DNA of 64,000 nucleotides, from positions 591,629 to 655,628 of the forward strand of contig DTSZ01000001.1 of NCBI GenBank assembly GCA_012965045.1. The letters run 5' to 3'. Source of the stretch: Candidatus Saccharimonadota bacterium (GTDB lineage: Bacteria; Patescibacteriota; Saccharimonadia; Saccharimonadales; DTSZ01). Made by a program: the position numbers and the translations under genes. The notes beneath the pieces are model-generated. The model was not told the DNA's origin. It saw only the letters and a program-made list of their open reading frames with translations, and did no database searches. Each line of letters opens with the position of its first letter. Within the stretch, counting starts at the first letter, position 1. Positions 1 through 8,140 of this stretch are shown piece by piece.

Positions 1-195
1 TGGTTGAGCTGCTTCCGGTGTAGTTGAACTCGGCTGCACTGGCTGGCCTGGCGCCGGCTGAGTAGTTTGCTGTTCAGGCTGTGCTGGCTGAACTGGTTGT
101 GCCGCTTGTACTGGCTGTGTCTCTGGTGGCGTAGCTGGTTCTGGGCTTGGCGATGCGTCCGTCGGCGGATTAGTTTGTGGTTGATTGTCGTCCAT
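1..195 (-). CDS. 5' part of a CDS that runs off the left edge. The N-terminus is Pro/Gln/Thr-rich and low-complexity (MDDNQPQTNPPTDASPSPEPATPPETQP...).
   Basis: ATG at 195-193 on the minus strand, with the frame open to position 1 by hand translation. No motif recognised. Confidence 0.4.
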   Translation of the reverse strand, partial: MDDNQPQTNPPTDASPSPEPATPPETQPVQAAQPVQPAQPEQQTTQPAPGQPVQPSSTTPEAAQP

Positions 196-260
196 AAGGG
201 TACTTTCTGTTTATGTAATTTAGTCTAACTATACCGCACAAGCTAAAAATCAATAAAAAA

Positions 261-2165
261 TTAGTCTAACATCGCCCACAGAGCACTCTTATGACCAGCA
301 AAATTTGCCGATGAGTAGCTTGTTAATTCAACGATCATGCTTGGTATGCCTTTGTTGTCGACCGTCCACTCCTCGAAACTTCCGGTAACGTTGTAGTTAA
401 AAGTAGACTGCGAGCTTTGACCAGTGGTGTTTCTGTAACCAGCTAGTTTAGCGTAGGTAGCGGCATAGGTTTCAGAAATATTCCCGACGTCGCCAATTAC
501 GACCCCGCCAACCGCGTGGAATGACAACAATAACCGTGGATTCATCTTTTCTACATAACTAGCTAATGCTTGTGCAGCTGGCTCGCTTAGCGGCTCTGTG
601 CCGCCAGCGCCTTTCAGTATGCCGTTTTTACTTTCGGTGTCCGCCTGCCAATCTGCAGTCGGGAAATTACGGTTGAGGTCAACATTTGCCGAGTTATTGC
701 GCGTGCCCGCAGCAAGGCCGTCTGCGTTTACATTAGGCACAATAACTACTCTTTTACCGCTATATCGACTTGGGTTAGCCTCTAGTTCATTCACCCACAA
801 ATCAAGTATTTTTCTAGAGCTACTTTCGTTACCATGCAGTCCGCCCACAAACATAGTTACGGGACCAGAGTTGCCAAAGCTATACGACAAAATAGAGCGG
901 CCTTGTCGAGTGCTGCCGATCGTACTGACACTGTGGCAGGTCGTGCGGCCTGTAAAACTCCAGTCTTCAGTAGCTGCTATACCGTATTTGCTCACTATTC
1001 CCGGCTTTACTGTAATGGTAAATTGCTGACATTTTGGTAGGCTACGCAACTTCACGGTGGCTTGAGTGGCGTTCTTTTTATTAATAGTAGCAGTGCCACC
1101 ACTAAACGAAATAAGGTCGCTTAACGCTACGTCATCACTAAGCTCTTGGTCAAATGTAAGGATAATAGTTTCATTAGAACCGACCTTAATGGTGCTGGCG
1201 CTAACACTCGCTACCGCAGGACCGCCAGACAACGTAAACCGTACTTGATATGGTTCTGCTAACGAACTGCCGTCCAAAGATTCTGCTTCAACAAGCCTAA
1301 TAATGTAGTCGCTGTTACGTGTTAATTCTTCGCTGGGGGTAATAATAGCTTTGGTGTCTTTGTAGGTTAGGCTGCCTTTTACGGCCGTCTCTTCGTCGCC
1401 ATCGACTTGCATTAAATAGGCCTCAGCTGCATGCAGCTCTTTATCAGTTTCAACTGTAAAGTTAGCTGGTTTATCATAAATTATTTGACCTTCGGAAACT
1501 GACGAACCGATAACTGCTATGGCTGGTAGGGTTTCGAGCTCGCCTTCGCTGACTCTTACTTTTTGCCCCGAAAAACCACGCAGTAATTTGTAGTCATATT
1601 CCGCGCCTTGATCGAGGCTAAGCGTTGAGACATCACACACCACAGCTGACGACGTTGGCGTACATTCAGTTGCTTTGTCATCGACCACGATTTCATATTC
1701 ATGCAAGTTGTCGGTTTGGCTAAGCGGTATTTTTATAGTCTTTTTGGTTGGAATTGGTTTTTTAAAAACAGACAAATTTGCCTGTGGTAGCCCAGGCACT
1801 TCAACTGCGAAGTTTTTTTGCGCAAAAAAGCCGCCCCACGGAGCACTCGCCACTGTGCTCGTACCAGGTTTTGGTGCTTGTTTAGGGCTTACGCATGTTT
1901 CGCTTGAAAAAATCGGGATACTTCCCAGCTGCTTATATTCACCATGGGTTACTTCAAAATAATCATCGTCAACTGTTTCATGGATAGTCGGAAAAAGCGT
2001 AAACTTTTCAATACAGTTACCGCCTGCATAGCTAAAATCAATTGTTTTTGCAGGTAAAAATATAACTAAATAGATACTCACAGCACATACTGCTGCAAAC
2101 ACTACGTACACCAACATAGGCAAGTCGGCAGCCCAAAAATAGGCGTCCTTTATTTTTTGTCTCAC
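261..2165 (-). CDS. Membrane-anchored M14-family zinc carboxypeptidase with Ig-like repeat region.
   Basis: 634-aa ORF with an N-terminal TM helix. C-terminal M14 motifs are LHGNES (HxxE), NVNADG, DLNRNFP and SFHAVGG. Confidence 0.75.
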   Translation of the reverse strand: MRQKIKDAYFWAADLPMLVYVVFAAVCAVSIYLVIFLPAKTIDFSYAGGNCIEKFTLFPTIHETVDDDYFEVTHGEYKQLGSIPIFSSETCVSPKQAPKPGTSTVASAPWGGFFAQKNFAVEVPGLPQANLSVFKKPIPTKKTIKIPLSQTDNLHEYEIVVDDKATECTPTSSAVVCDVSTLSLDQGAEYDYKLLRGFSGQKVRVSEGELETLPAIAVIGSSVSEGQIIYDKPANFTVETDKELHAAEAYLMQVDGDEETAVKGSLTYKDTKAIITPSEELTRNSDYIIRLVEAESLDGSSLAEPYQVRFTLSGGPAVASVSASTIKVGSNETIILTFDQELSDDVALSDLISFSGGTATINKKNATQATVKLRSLPKCQQFTITVKPGIVSKYGIAATEDWSFTGRTTCHSVSTIGSTRQGRSILSYSFGNSGPVTMFVGGLHGNESSSRKILDLWVNELEANPSRYSGKRVVIVPNVNADGLAAGTRNNSANVDLNRNFPTADWQADTESKNGILKGAGGTEPLSEPAAQALASYVEKMNPRLLLSFHAVGGVVIGDVGNISETYAATYAKLAGYRNTTGQSSQSTFNYNVTGSFEEWTVDNKGIPSMIVELTSYSSANFAGHKSALWAMLD

Positions 2166-2249
2166 AACGTTTTCGTTTTTAAGTGTTAAACATTAGTATT
2201 TTAGCATTATCAATGTTTTGTAGCAAAATGATAAAAATTCATAATTGAG

Positions 2250-2307
2250 CCGGGGGTGAGAGCCTGCCTGCCGCAGGTAGGGACTTGGTCGGGGTGAGAG
2301 GACTTGG
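2250..2307 (-). repeat. Two extra copies of the tRNA-Pro 3' end. Copy 2286-2306 is an exact 21-nt match. Copy 2250-2286 is degenerate and split by a 19-nt GC-rich palindrome at 2263-2281.
   Basis: Direct comparison with tRNA-Pro 2475-2495 (tggtcggggtgagaggacttg). Confidence 0.85.
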
Positions 2308-2442
2308 TCACGTTCCGCGACCCCGAAACTTCACGTTTAAAAACTAGTTTTTAACGGAAGGTTTCCTTGCGAAATGACATTTAGTCATTTCTCACCTCCG
2401 ACTCACTCCGTGAGTTAGGAGTCACAAGTCTTCTCAAGCATT
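2308..2442 (-). ncRNA. Copy A of a tRNA-linked structured repeat family of unknown function.
   Basis: Shares CCCGAAACT, GTTTCCTTGC and TTYTCACCYCCGAC blocks at identical spacing with copy C (28277-28412). Three hairpins covary between the copies. Helix 2306-2322 has an A-C mismatch on the plus strand that becomes G-U on the minus strand. Confidence 0.55.
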
Positions 2443-2472
2443 AAAAAAACTGCCCAAATGGACAGTTTTTTT
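2443..2472. terminator. Bidirectional rho-independent terminator between tRNA-Pro and repeat copy A.
   Basis: aaaaaaactgcccaaatggacagttttttt: a GC stem flanked by an A7 run and a T7 run. Confidence 0.7.
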
Positions 2473-2474
2473 AA

Positions 2475-2551
2475 TGGTCGGGGTGAGAGGACTTGAACCT
2501 CCGACCTCACGGTCCCAAACCGCGCGCGCTAGCCAACTGCGCCACACCCCG
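2475..2551 (-). tRNA. tRNA-Pro (anticodon TGG), CCA encoded.
   Basis: Hand-folded cloverleaf: acceptor CGGGGTG/CACCCCG, anticodon loop TTTGGGA, T-loop TTCAAGT, 77 nt. Confidence 0.95.
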
Positions 2552-2608
2552 ATAAACAGAGGTTATTTTACATTTTAAACGATCATATTACAAGAAAAGC
2601 GTTAAAGA

Positions 2609-3430
2609 CTAGTTTTTTGATCTTTCAATGAGACTTGTTAAACCGCCCATTACAGCTTGCTGCTCTAAGTCTTCGTCTGGTTTTTCGTAGTAGCTTTCTG
2701 CTACTGCCAAACATTGATCAAGTAGGTTTATGAGTTTGTTAAACATATTCTCATCAATGGACTCAATTGGGTAGCGCCTATCAGAACTCAATGCTTCCTG
2801 TGTTTGATCTCCTACAAATTGAAGGCCAATTCCCTCTTCCCAGATTGGAAATAAGCTATATTTACCCGATTTAAGATCCCCTTTGAATATATCTTTAGCC
2901 GTCGGTATTTCAACGAAATCTACATCAAATTCTTCCTCAAGATCCACCGTGCCCTCATTAATAGTGTATCGCTCTAAGCATGCTGTCCAGCCGTCAAATC
3001 TAGAGATTTTTTGTGAACCCTTTTCTTTAGTTTGCTGAAAAAGAGTTATGAAAATCTCCTCATCTGAGTCCGACCAAATAACAACGTCTAGATGAAATTC
3101 TTCATGTCGTAAGGTGTCTGGGTTTGGCACAGGGCTATTAAACTTTTCTATAATGTGCACTACACGAGCGCTTTCAAAATCGAGAGAATCAGAGGCCCAT
3201 AGGGCGGCCTCGCTCGCCACACCAACATCATCGCTTAAAAGGTGAGCAAAATCGTCAAAAAGTGCGCCAATTCGGGCCTTTCTCGCCATCGGCTGAGTGT
3301 CCTCTTCAAATTGCTCCTTGGCATAGCCCTCAGCTAATAGTGCGTTTACCCAGTCGTCTGCAGTACTTTCACTCATTAGGTAGAGTAAATCATCATTTTG
3401 TTCAAATTCTGACCAAGACCGAGGCTGCAT
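2609..3430 (-). CDS. Hypothetical acidic protein (273 aa).
   Basis: Long ORF with a GGGAG RBS just upstream of the ATG. No recognisable motif. Confidence 0.6.
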   Translation of the reverse strand: MQPRSWSEFEQNDDLLYLMSESTADDWVNALLAEGYAKEQFEEDTQPMARKARIGALFDDFAHLLSDDVGVASEAALWASDSLDFESARVVHIIEKFNSPVPNPDTLRHEEFHLDVVIWSDSDEEIFITLFQQTKEKGSQKISRFDGWTACLERYTINEGTVDLEEEFDVDFVEIPTAKDIFKGDLKSGKYSLFPIWEEGIGLQFVGDQTQEALSSDRRYPIESIDENMFNKLINLLDQCLAVAESYYEKPDEDLEQQAVMGGLTSLIERSKN

Positions 3431-3464
3431 TCATCTCCCATGCCCACCGCTTTTACTTTAACTT

Positions 3465-4976
3465 TTACTTCGCGTATTCGATTGCTCGGGTTTCGCGGAT
3501 TACGTTCACCTTGATTGTACCAGGGTAGCTTAAGGTAGATTCGATTTTGTTTGCCACGTCGCGGGCTAGGCGGATTGCGCTTAGGTCGTCGATGCTTTCT
3601 GGGCGGACAAATACTCGAATTTCGCGTCCTGCGCTAATGGCGTAGCTTTTTTGTATACCGTCAAAACTGTTAGCAACGTTTTCAAGCTCTTTCATTCGCT
3701 TCACAAAGTCTTCTGCAGAAATATTGCGCGCGCCTGGTCGAGCGGCTGAGATAGCGTCAACTACCCGAATAATCATTGCTTCTGGTGTCGCGGCCTCAAC
3801 GTCATCGTGGTGAGCGTGAATAGCGTGAACAATTTCTTCTTTCATGCCAGCTTTTTGAGCGAGGTCTGCTCCAATGTGGTGGTGCTTACCTTCAATTTTA
3901 TGAGTAACAGCTTTACCAATGTCATGTAGCAAGGCGGCTGTTTTGGTAATTTGAATATCGGCTCCAATTTCACCAGCTATCATTCCAGCTAAGTGAGACA
4001 TTTCGGTGCTGTGCTTAAGTACATTTTGACCGTAACTAGTGCGGAACTTCAATTCACCAAGTAGACGCTTAATGTCTTTTGGCAAGCTCGGTACACCAAC
4101 TTCACGCATGGCGTCTGTGGCTGCTTGTTCAATTTCTTTATCAAGTTGTTTGCCGGCTTTTTCGACAACTTCTTCGATGCGTCCGGGATGTACTCGCCCA
4201 TCTTTAATCAATGTTTCCATAACAATCCGTCCAACTTGTCGACGGATAGGATCGAAACAACTCAATACGACAACACCAGGGGTTTCGTCAACCATAACGT
4301 CAACACCAGTTAAACGCTGAATGGCTTGAATATTACGGCCTTCTTTGCCAATTATTCGGCCTTTCATGTCGTCAGGAAGTGGTACAGCAACAATTGTTCG
4401 CTCTGCTGTCACATCACTGGCTAGCCGTTCCATGGCGGTTAAAATAGCTTTTTGAGCTGTTTCTTCGGCGTCCTCGACAGCTGTTTCTTTAAGCTTTTCA
4501 GTAAGACTGACTAAGTCGTCTTTAATGGTTTTTTCGGTCATCTTCATTAGCTTTTCAGCAGCGTCAGCTTTTTTAAGCTTCGCTATTTTTTCAAGCTGCT
4601 CTAGTTGTCGGTCTTTAATTTCGTGGATCTTGCCTTTTAAGTCTTCTAGCTCTTCTTCGGTTTTGCGTAACGACTCTTGCCGTTTATCGACTTCTTCTAG
4701 CTTTTTTTCTAGTGATTCTTCGCGTTTTACTACGCGCTTTTCTGTTTCGGCCAACTCGTGGCGTAACTCTTTTTGCTCTTTGCGAGTTTCGTCAGCAATT
4801 TTATTAGCTTCTTCTTTTGCTTTTAACACAATGTCTGCAGCTTCGTTTTTTGCTTTCGAGAGCTTTTCGTCAGCTCTTTTTTCTACGTCACCAATTTTTC
4901 GTTTTGTTAATACACCTGAACCACCAAAGCCAATACCAATACCAGCCAAAGCGGCAATAATTGCAGCTACTTCCAT
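3465..4976 (-). CDS. rny: Ribonuclease Y.
   Basis: N-terminal TM helix plus K/E coiled coil, KH domain (GKEGRNIQAIQRLTGVDV) and HD domain (LLHDIGK). Start moved to ATG 4976, which is preceded by a GGGAGAAG RBS. Confidence 0.95.
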   Translation of the reverse strand: MEVAAIIAALAGIGIGFGGSGVLTKRKIGDVEKRADEKLSKAKNEAADIVLKAKEEANKIADETRKEQKELRHELAETEKRVVKREESLEKKLEEVDKRQESLRKTEEELEDLKGKIHEIKDRQLEQLEKIAKLKKADAAEKLMKMTEKTIKDDLVSLTEKLKETAVEDAEETAQKAILTAMERLASDVTAERTIVAVPLPDDMKGRIIGKEGRNIQAIQRLTGVDVMVDETPGVVVLSCFDPIRRQVGRIVMETLIKDGRVHPGRIEEVVEKAGKQLDKEIEQAATDAMREVGVPSLPKDIKRLLGELKFRTSYGQNVLKHSTEMSHLAGMIAGEIGADIQITKTAALLHDIGKAVTHKIEGKHHHIGADLAQKAGMKEEIVHAIHAHHDDVEAATPEAMIIRVVDAISAARPGARNISAEDFVKRMKELENVANSFDGIQKSYAISAGREIRVFVRPESIDDLSAIRLARDVANKIESTLSYPGTIKVNVIRETRAIEYAK

Positions 4977-5421
4977 AGAAGTACTTCTCCCTTTTTTGTT
5001 GCAGGACCACAATCTAAACTGTTGTAACGTGCTTTACCGCGTGAGGGTTTAAGCAAATACTATCCGGGCCGATTGCTCCCACAACACCTAAATGTTGTTT
5101 TCTCTCAAGGAATAAATCCTTGCAATAATTGTACGCTGATTGTGTTTGAAGGGCAAAGACGATGTTTTTACCTGAATTCAGCAAGCTGCCGTTTGCATTC
5201 ATTTCCACCATTTTGAGTGATCAAAACGGTGGAGCCAAAAGATCACCCTGTTCACATCTCTTGATATACTCACTGCTTGTTTAACAACAGCCTGTGGAAT
5301 GGCTAAAGCCAGTCTGAAAGTTATCTATAAGAGTCTCAGACACGTCCTCGGCTTAATTGTTGTTAAGCCAAGCATTCCTATTCAGGATCTGCTCAAAAGG
5401 GATTGGCGAGCGAAGCTCGCT

Positions 5422-5523
5422 GGGTCTGGGCATAAAAGACAGCTTTTCCTGATTAGATGTTGTAATTCAAATTGTGTGAACCTTAACCTGCCTACCGGCA
5501 GGCAGGCGAGTGAAGTGTGCTTC
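5422..5523 (-). repeat. Truncated copy (X1) of the structured element found complete at 49748-49923.
   Basis: Shares GGGTCTGGGCATAAA..CTTTTCCTGA, TGTTGT..TTCAAA and CGAGTGAAG(T/C)GTGCTTC with X2. Carries a 20-nt GC palindrome insert at 5487-5506. Confidence 0.6.
5487..5506. repeat. GC-rich palindromic mini-element cctgcctaccggcaggcagg, related to 2263-2281 in inverted orientation.
   Basis: About 16 of 19 positions match the reverse complement of 2263-2281. Stem CCTGCC/GGCAGG. Confidence 0.5.
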
Positions 5524-5533
5524 CCAAGAAAAC

Positions 5534-5923
5534 TTATTTTCTAGGTTTGGTAATATTCGCTTCCCCGCCATACACTGGCAAAACTACTTTTTGATTTTCG
5601 CCACTTTTAAGTTTTTCTATTCCCTGAGCAAACCAAATGTCACCTGCGGCTGCGACCACTGGAACGTCGAGCGAATAGCTTAGGGTGTTTGCAAGTGTCA
5701 CGCCAATTCTCAACCCAGTAAAACTACCCGGCCCTTCAAACGCGACTATGCCTTCAATTTGGTCAAACTTACTGTTGGCTGCGTCGAACAATTCATCAAG
5801 CTTATAAAAAATAGTGCTCGATAATTGCTTGTGGCCTTCCCATTCTACTTTTTGTATGTCATCGCCGATTTGTAGCCACAGCTCTGCTTGGGGTTTGTCT
5901 GTGCGAATTCCTAAGATATTCAT
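5534..5923 (-). CDS. tsaB: tRNA t6A biosynthesis protein TsaB, short form.
   Basis: GPGSFTGLRIGV motif. Overlaps the tsaE stop by 4 nt. Confidence 0.8.
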   Translation of the reverse strand: MNILGIRTDKPQAELWLQIGDDIQKVEWEGHKQLSSTIFYKLDELFDAANSKFDQIEGIVAFEGPGSFTGLRIGVTLANTLSYSLDVPVVAAAGDIWFAQGIEKLKSGENQKVVLPVYGGEANITKPRK

Positions 5924-6363
5924 GGTTGTTTATCGAAATTTATAAAATGCAATATTCGATCATTTTCTGATGTGGCGGTAATTTCTATCTTCTTTGTGTT
6001 AGCCGGCAATACCTCTCGTACCGAATCAGCCCATTCTATAAGCACTACATCGCCATCTTGTATGGCTTCGGTAAGTTCGTCTTGCATAATTCCCGCATTG
6101 TCTAGCCGATGAAAATCGTAATGACGAATTAAATAATCAGAGCACTGGTACTGCCTCTCGACAGTAAAGCTTGGGCTTTGTACGTCATCGGTACTGCCAG
6201 CACCAGCCGCAATTCCTCGAACTAGCTGGGTCTTCCCCGCCCCTAGATCGCCAACCAACTCAATAACATCACCAGGAACTAAAACCTTAGCTATCTTTTC
6301 GCCGACCTGAAACGTAATTTCGGGCCCGATGGAACGTACTTGAAATGTCACGCCTGAACTCAT
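5920..6363 (-). CDS. tsaE: tRNA t6A ATPase TsaE.
   Basis: P-loop GDLGAGKT and HYDFHRL. ATG 6363 gives canonical P-loop spacing; ATG 6372 and 6402 are also possible starts. Confidence 0.85.
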   Translation of the reverse strand: MSSGVTFQVRSIGPEITFQVGEKIAKVLVPGDVIELVGDLGAGKTQLVRGIAAGAGSTDDVQSPSFTVERQYQCSDYLIRHYDFHRLDNAGIMQDELTEAIQDGDVVLIEWADSVREVLPANTKKIEITATSENDRILHFINFDKQP

Positions 6364-8065
6364 ATAAACCATAGAATAACGTGCCAACACCTGCGGCTGC
6401 AACTACTGATAGATTCGCACTCTCAATTGGTATAGCAGCTGGTTGCGCTAGCGGGTTGCTGGAACTAACAGTCAGCCCAGATTCAGAAGACTGATTATTG
6501 GCAGCCTGCTCTTGGGCAATTTTGTCTTGCTTAGTCTGCAATACATTTTTGGCCGCTGGCGTAGGCTTTGCCGTCCACTGCCATTTACTACCTATAAAAG
6601 CCCACGCTAAGCCATCCTCGGCTTTTGAATATTCACCAGCCGTGCTCTTGCTGTCGCCATTTGGATCGAGCAACTGTGCCTGACCGCCGCTATTGCCAAG
6701 GCTCATTTTGCTGTCAGCAGAAAAAATAGCTACGTACTGGCCAGGTTGCAAAATAATGTCATCAAGCGTTTGTGTTGTGGCCAAAGATTTACCGGTTTTT
6801 AACTTGTAGTCTTTAACGTTTACAGCAAATGTATTTGGGTTATACAGTTCTACAAATTCATCGTTTTTGTCTAGCAGCGGACTGGCAGGGTTTGGCAGCA
6901 GCTCGGTAATTACCACTTTGGCATAGCTGCGTTTTTTCGGTGTTTGCGAAGAAGATGATGCACTGGCGACGCTGGCTGTGTCTTCATGTGGCGATAAGTT
7001 CTGCTGGCCAGGTGTTACCCGGTTCGTAAAAACATAGGTAGTGCCAATTTTCGACCAACTTTCACCAATGGGAGCTTTTTCGTACGCAACCAACTCTGAA
7101 ACTATTGAACCGTCGGGTGCCAGCACTTGAGCTTTGCCACCAGAGTTAGCGAGCACCAAACCACTGTCGCGTGATTCAAACGCAATATAGCTTTTAGCCG
7201 GCAAAACTATGTCGGTAATTTCAAATCTGTACTGTAATTTCGACCCTGTTTGAATTACATAGCCATCTAAATCAATTTCAAGAGCGCTAGGATTATACAA
7301 TTCCACAAATTCATCGTCGGCATCTGTTTGCGGGCTTTTGGGATCGATAAATAATTCTGAAATTTCTACACTCAAATAGTCTTGATCGTTGCCTGTTCCC
7401 TCGTCGGGCAATGGCTGTTCTTCTGGGTCTGGTTCTTCGACTGGCTCAGCCTCTTCTACACTGGGAGTACGAGTAGGCGTCGGGTCGTCCGACACTTCAA
7501 AATCAAGGGAGTTGTCATTAGTGTCTATAAACAGCCCGTCTTCATCAACGATTCGCTTTAAACTTTGGCCAGCTGCTGGCTCGGTTGCTGGCACAGTCTC
7601 TGGGCTGTCAGCTGCAACACCGTAGCCAAGTACATCATGAACCTTTTCTTCTTCGCTCAGTTCCCCGGTGTCGGTGTCTTCAACTTCAACAAGCTGAATA
7701 AGTCGTATGTGTCCGGCGCTCGCTGCCAGGCCACTATTAAATTCAAAATCAAATTCTTCTGGCTCAAGATTTAGTTCTTCGGTCGCCAATAACACAAATC
7801 CTCGGGGCTGTGCTTCAAATTCATCAAATGTCAATTTGGTCTGCCATTGTTCGCCAGTAGCAGACTTATACTGGACCTTCCAGTCGGTTAGGTCTATTGG
7901 ATAGTCGTTAGGATTATAAAGTTCTATAAATTCTGCTTTAGAGTCATCGGTGCTGGCGGAGAAAATTTCAGTTATGAGTAGATTTTTTTGTTCATCTACG
8001 GCACTCAAAGGCACACCCACCAGCAAAACGCACAATATGGTTACTACCCTCCACGTAATACGCAC
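6287..8065 (-). CDS. Surface protein with three lamin-tail-domain (LTD) repeats, an N-terminal signal/TM segment and a C-terminal TM anchor.
   Basis: Three repeats carry EF(I/V)ELYNP...(I/V)DL.(D/G)(W/Y). Acidic P/E linkers separate them. The C-terminus is LSVVAAAGVGTLFYGLYEFRR. Confidence 0.8.
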   Translation of the reverse strand: MRITWRVVTILCVLLVGVPLSAVDEQKNLLITEIFSASTDDSKAEFIELYNPNDYPIDLTDWKVQYKSATGEQWQTKLTFDEFEAQPRGFVLLATEELNLEPEEFDFEFNSGLAASAGHIRLIQLVEVEDTDTGELSEEEKVHDVLGYGVAADSPETVPATEPAAGQSLKRIVDEDGLFIDTNDNSLDFEVSDDPTPTRTPSVEEAEPVEEPDPEEQPLPDEGTGNDQDYLSVEISELFIDPKSPQTDADDEFVELYNPSALEIDLDGYVIQTGSKLQYRFEITDIVLPAKSYIAFESRDSGLVLANSGGKAQVLAPDGSIVSELVAYEKAPIGESWSKIGTTYVFTNRVTPGQQNLSPHEDTASVASASSSSQTPKKRSYAKVVITELLPNPASPLLDKNDEFVELYNPNTFAVNVKDYKLKTGKSLATTQTLDDIILQPGQYVAIFSADSKMSLGNSGGQAQLLDPNGDSKSTAGEYSKAEDGLAWAFIGSKWQWTAKPTPAAKNVLQTKQDKIAQEQAANNQSSESGLTVSSSNPLAQPAAIPIESANLSVVAAAGVGTLFYGLYEFRRDISSTFHRARNYVSGRRKDS

Positions 8066-8140
8066 TAAATCTATATAATCACGACGCTGTTAACTTCCAA
8101 AGCATGAGCAAAATATTTTGTTGTTCGCTACACTGTTAGT

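Noticed and set aside
220-270. 10-mer TTAGTCTAAC repeated 41 nt apart (220-229 and 261-270).
   Set aside because: The second copy is simply the last codons and stop of the M14 gene (…L D stop). The first looks like a small local duplication in the spacer. No further structure was seen.
5014-5534. Possible RNase P RNA or tmRNA in the large gene-free region.
   Set aside because: Only loose resemblances were found. On plus these are UAUCCGGGCC, GAAGGGCAAAG, GGUGGAGCCAAAAG and CCUCGGCUUAA. On minus they are AGGAAAAGCUGUC paired to GGCAGCUU. The universal GGAAAGUCC block is absent on both strands, the spacing does not fit, and there is no T-arm plus ACCA end for tmRNA. A covariance-model scan is needed before any call.
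5299-5544. 81-aa plus-strand ORF, and the 65-aa minus-strand ORF at 5014-5211.
   Set aside because: Neither has an RBS. They overlap strong hairpins and the X1 repeat, and they sit in a region better explained as non-coding.
6287-6402. The overlap between the LTD gene and tsaE as evidence of a frameshift or pseudogene.
   Set aside because: Both reading frames are intact, with complete domain sets. The overlap only involves a non-domain C-terminal tail, so I treat it as a genuine or annotation-level overlap rather than gene decay.
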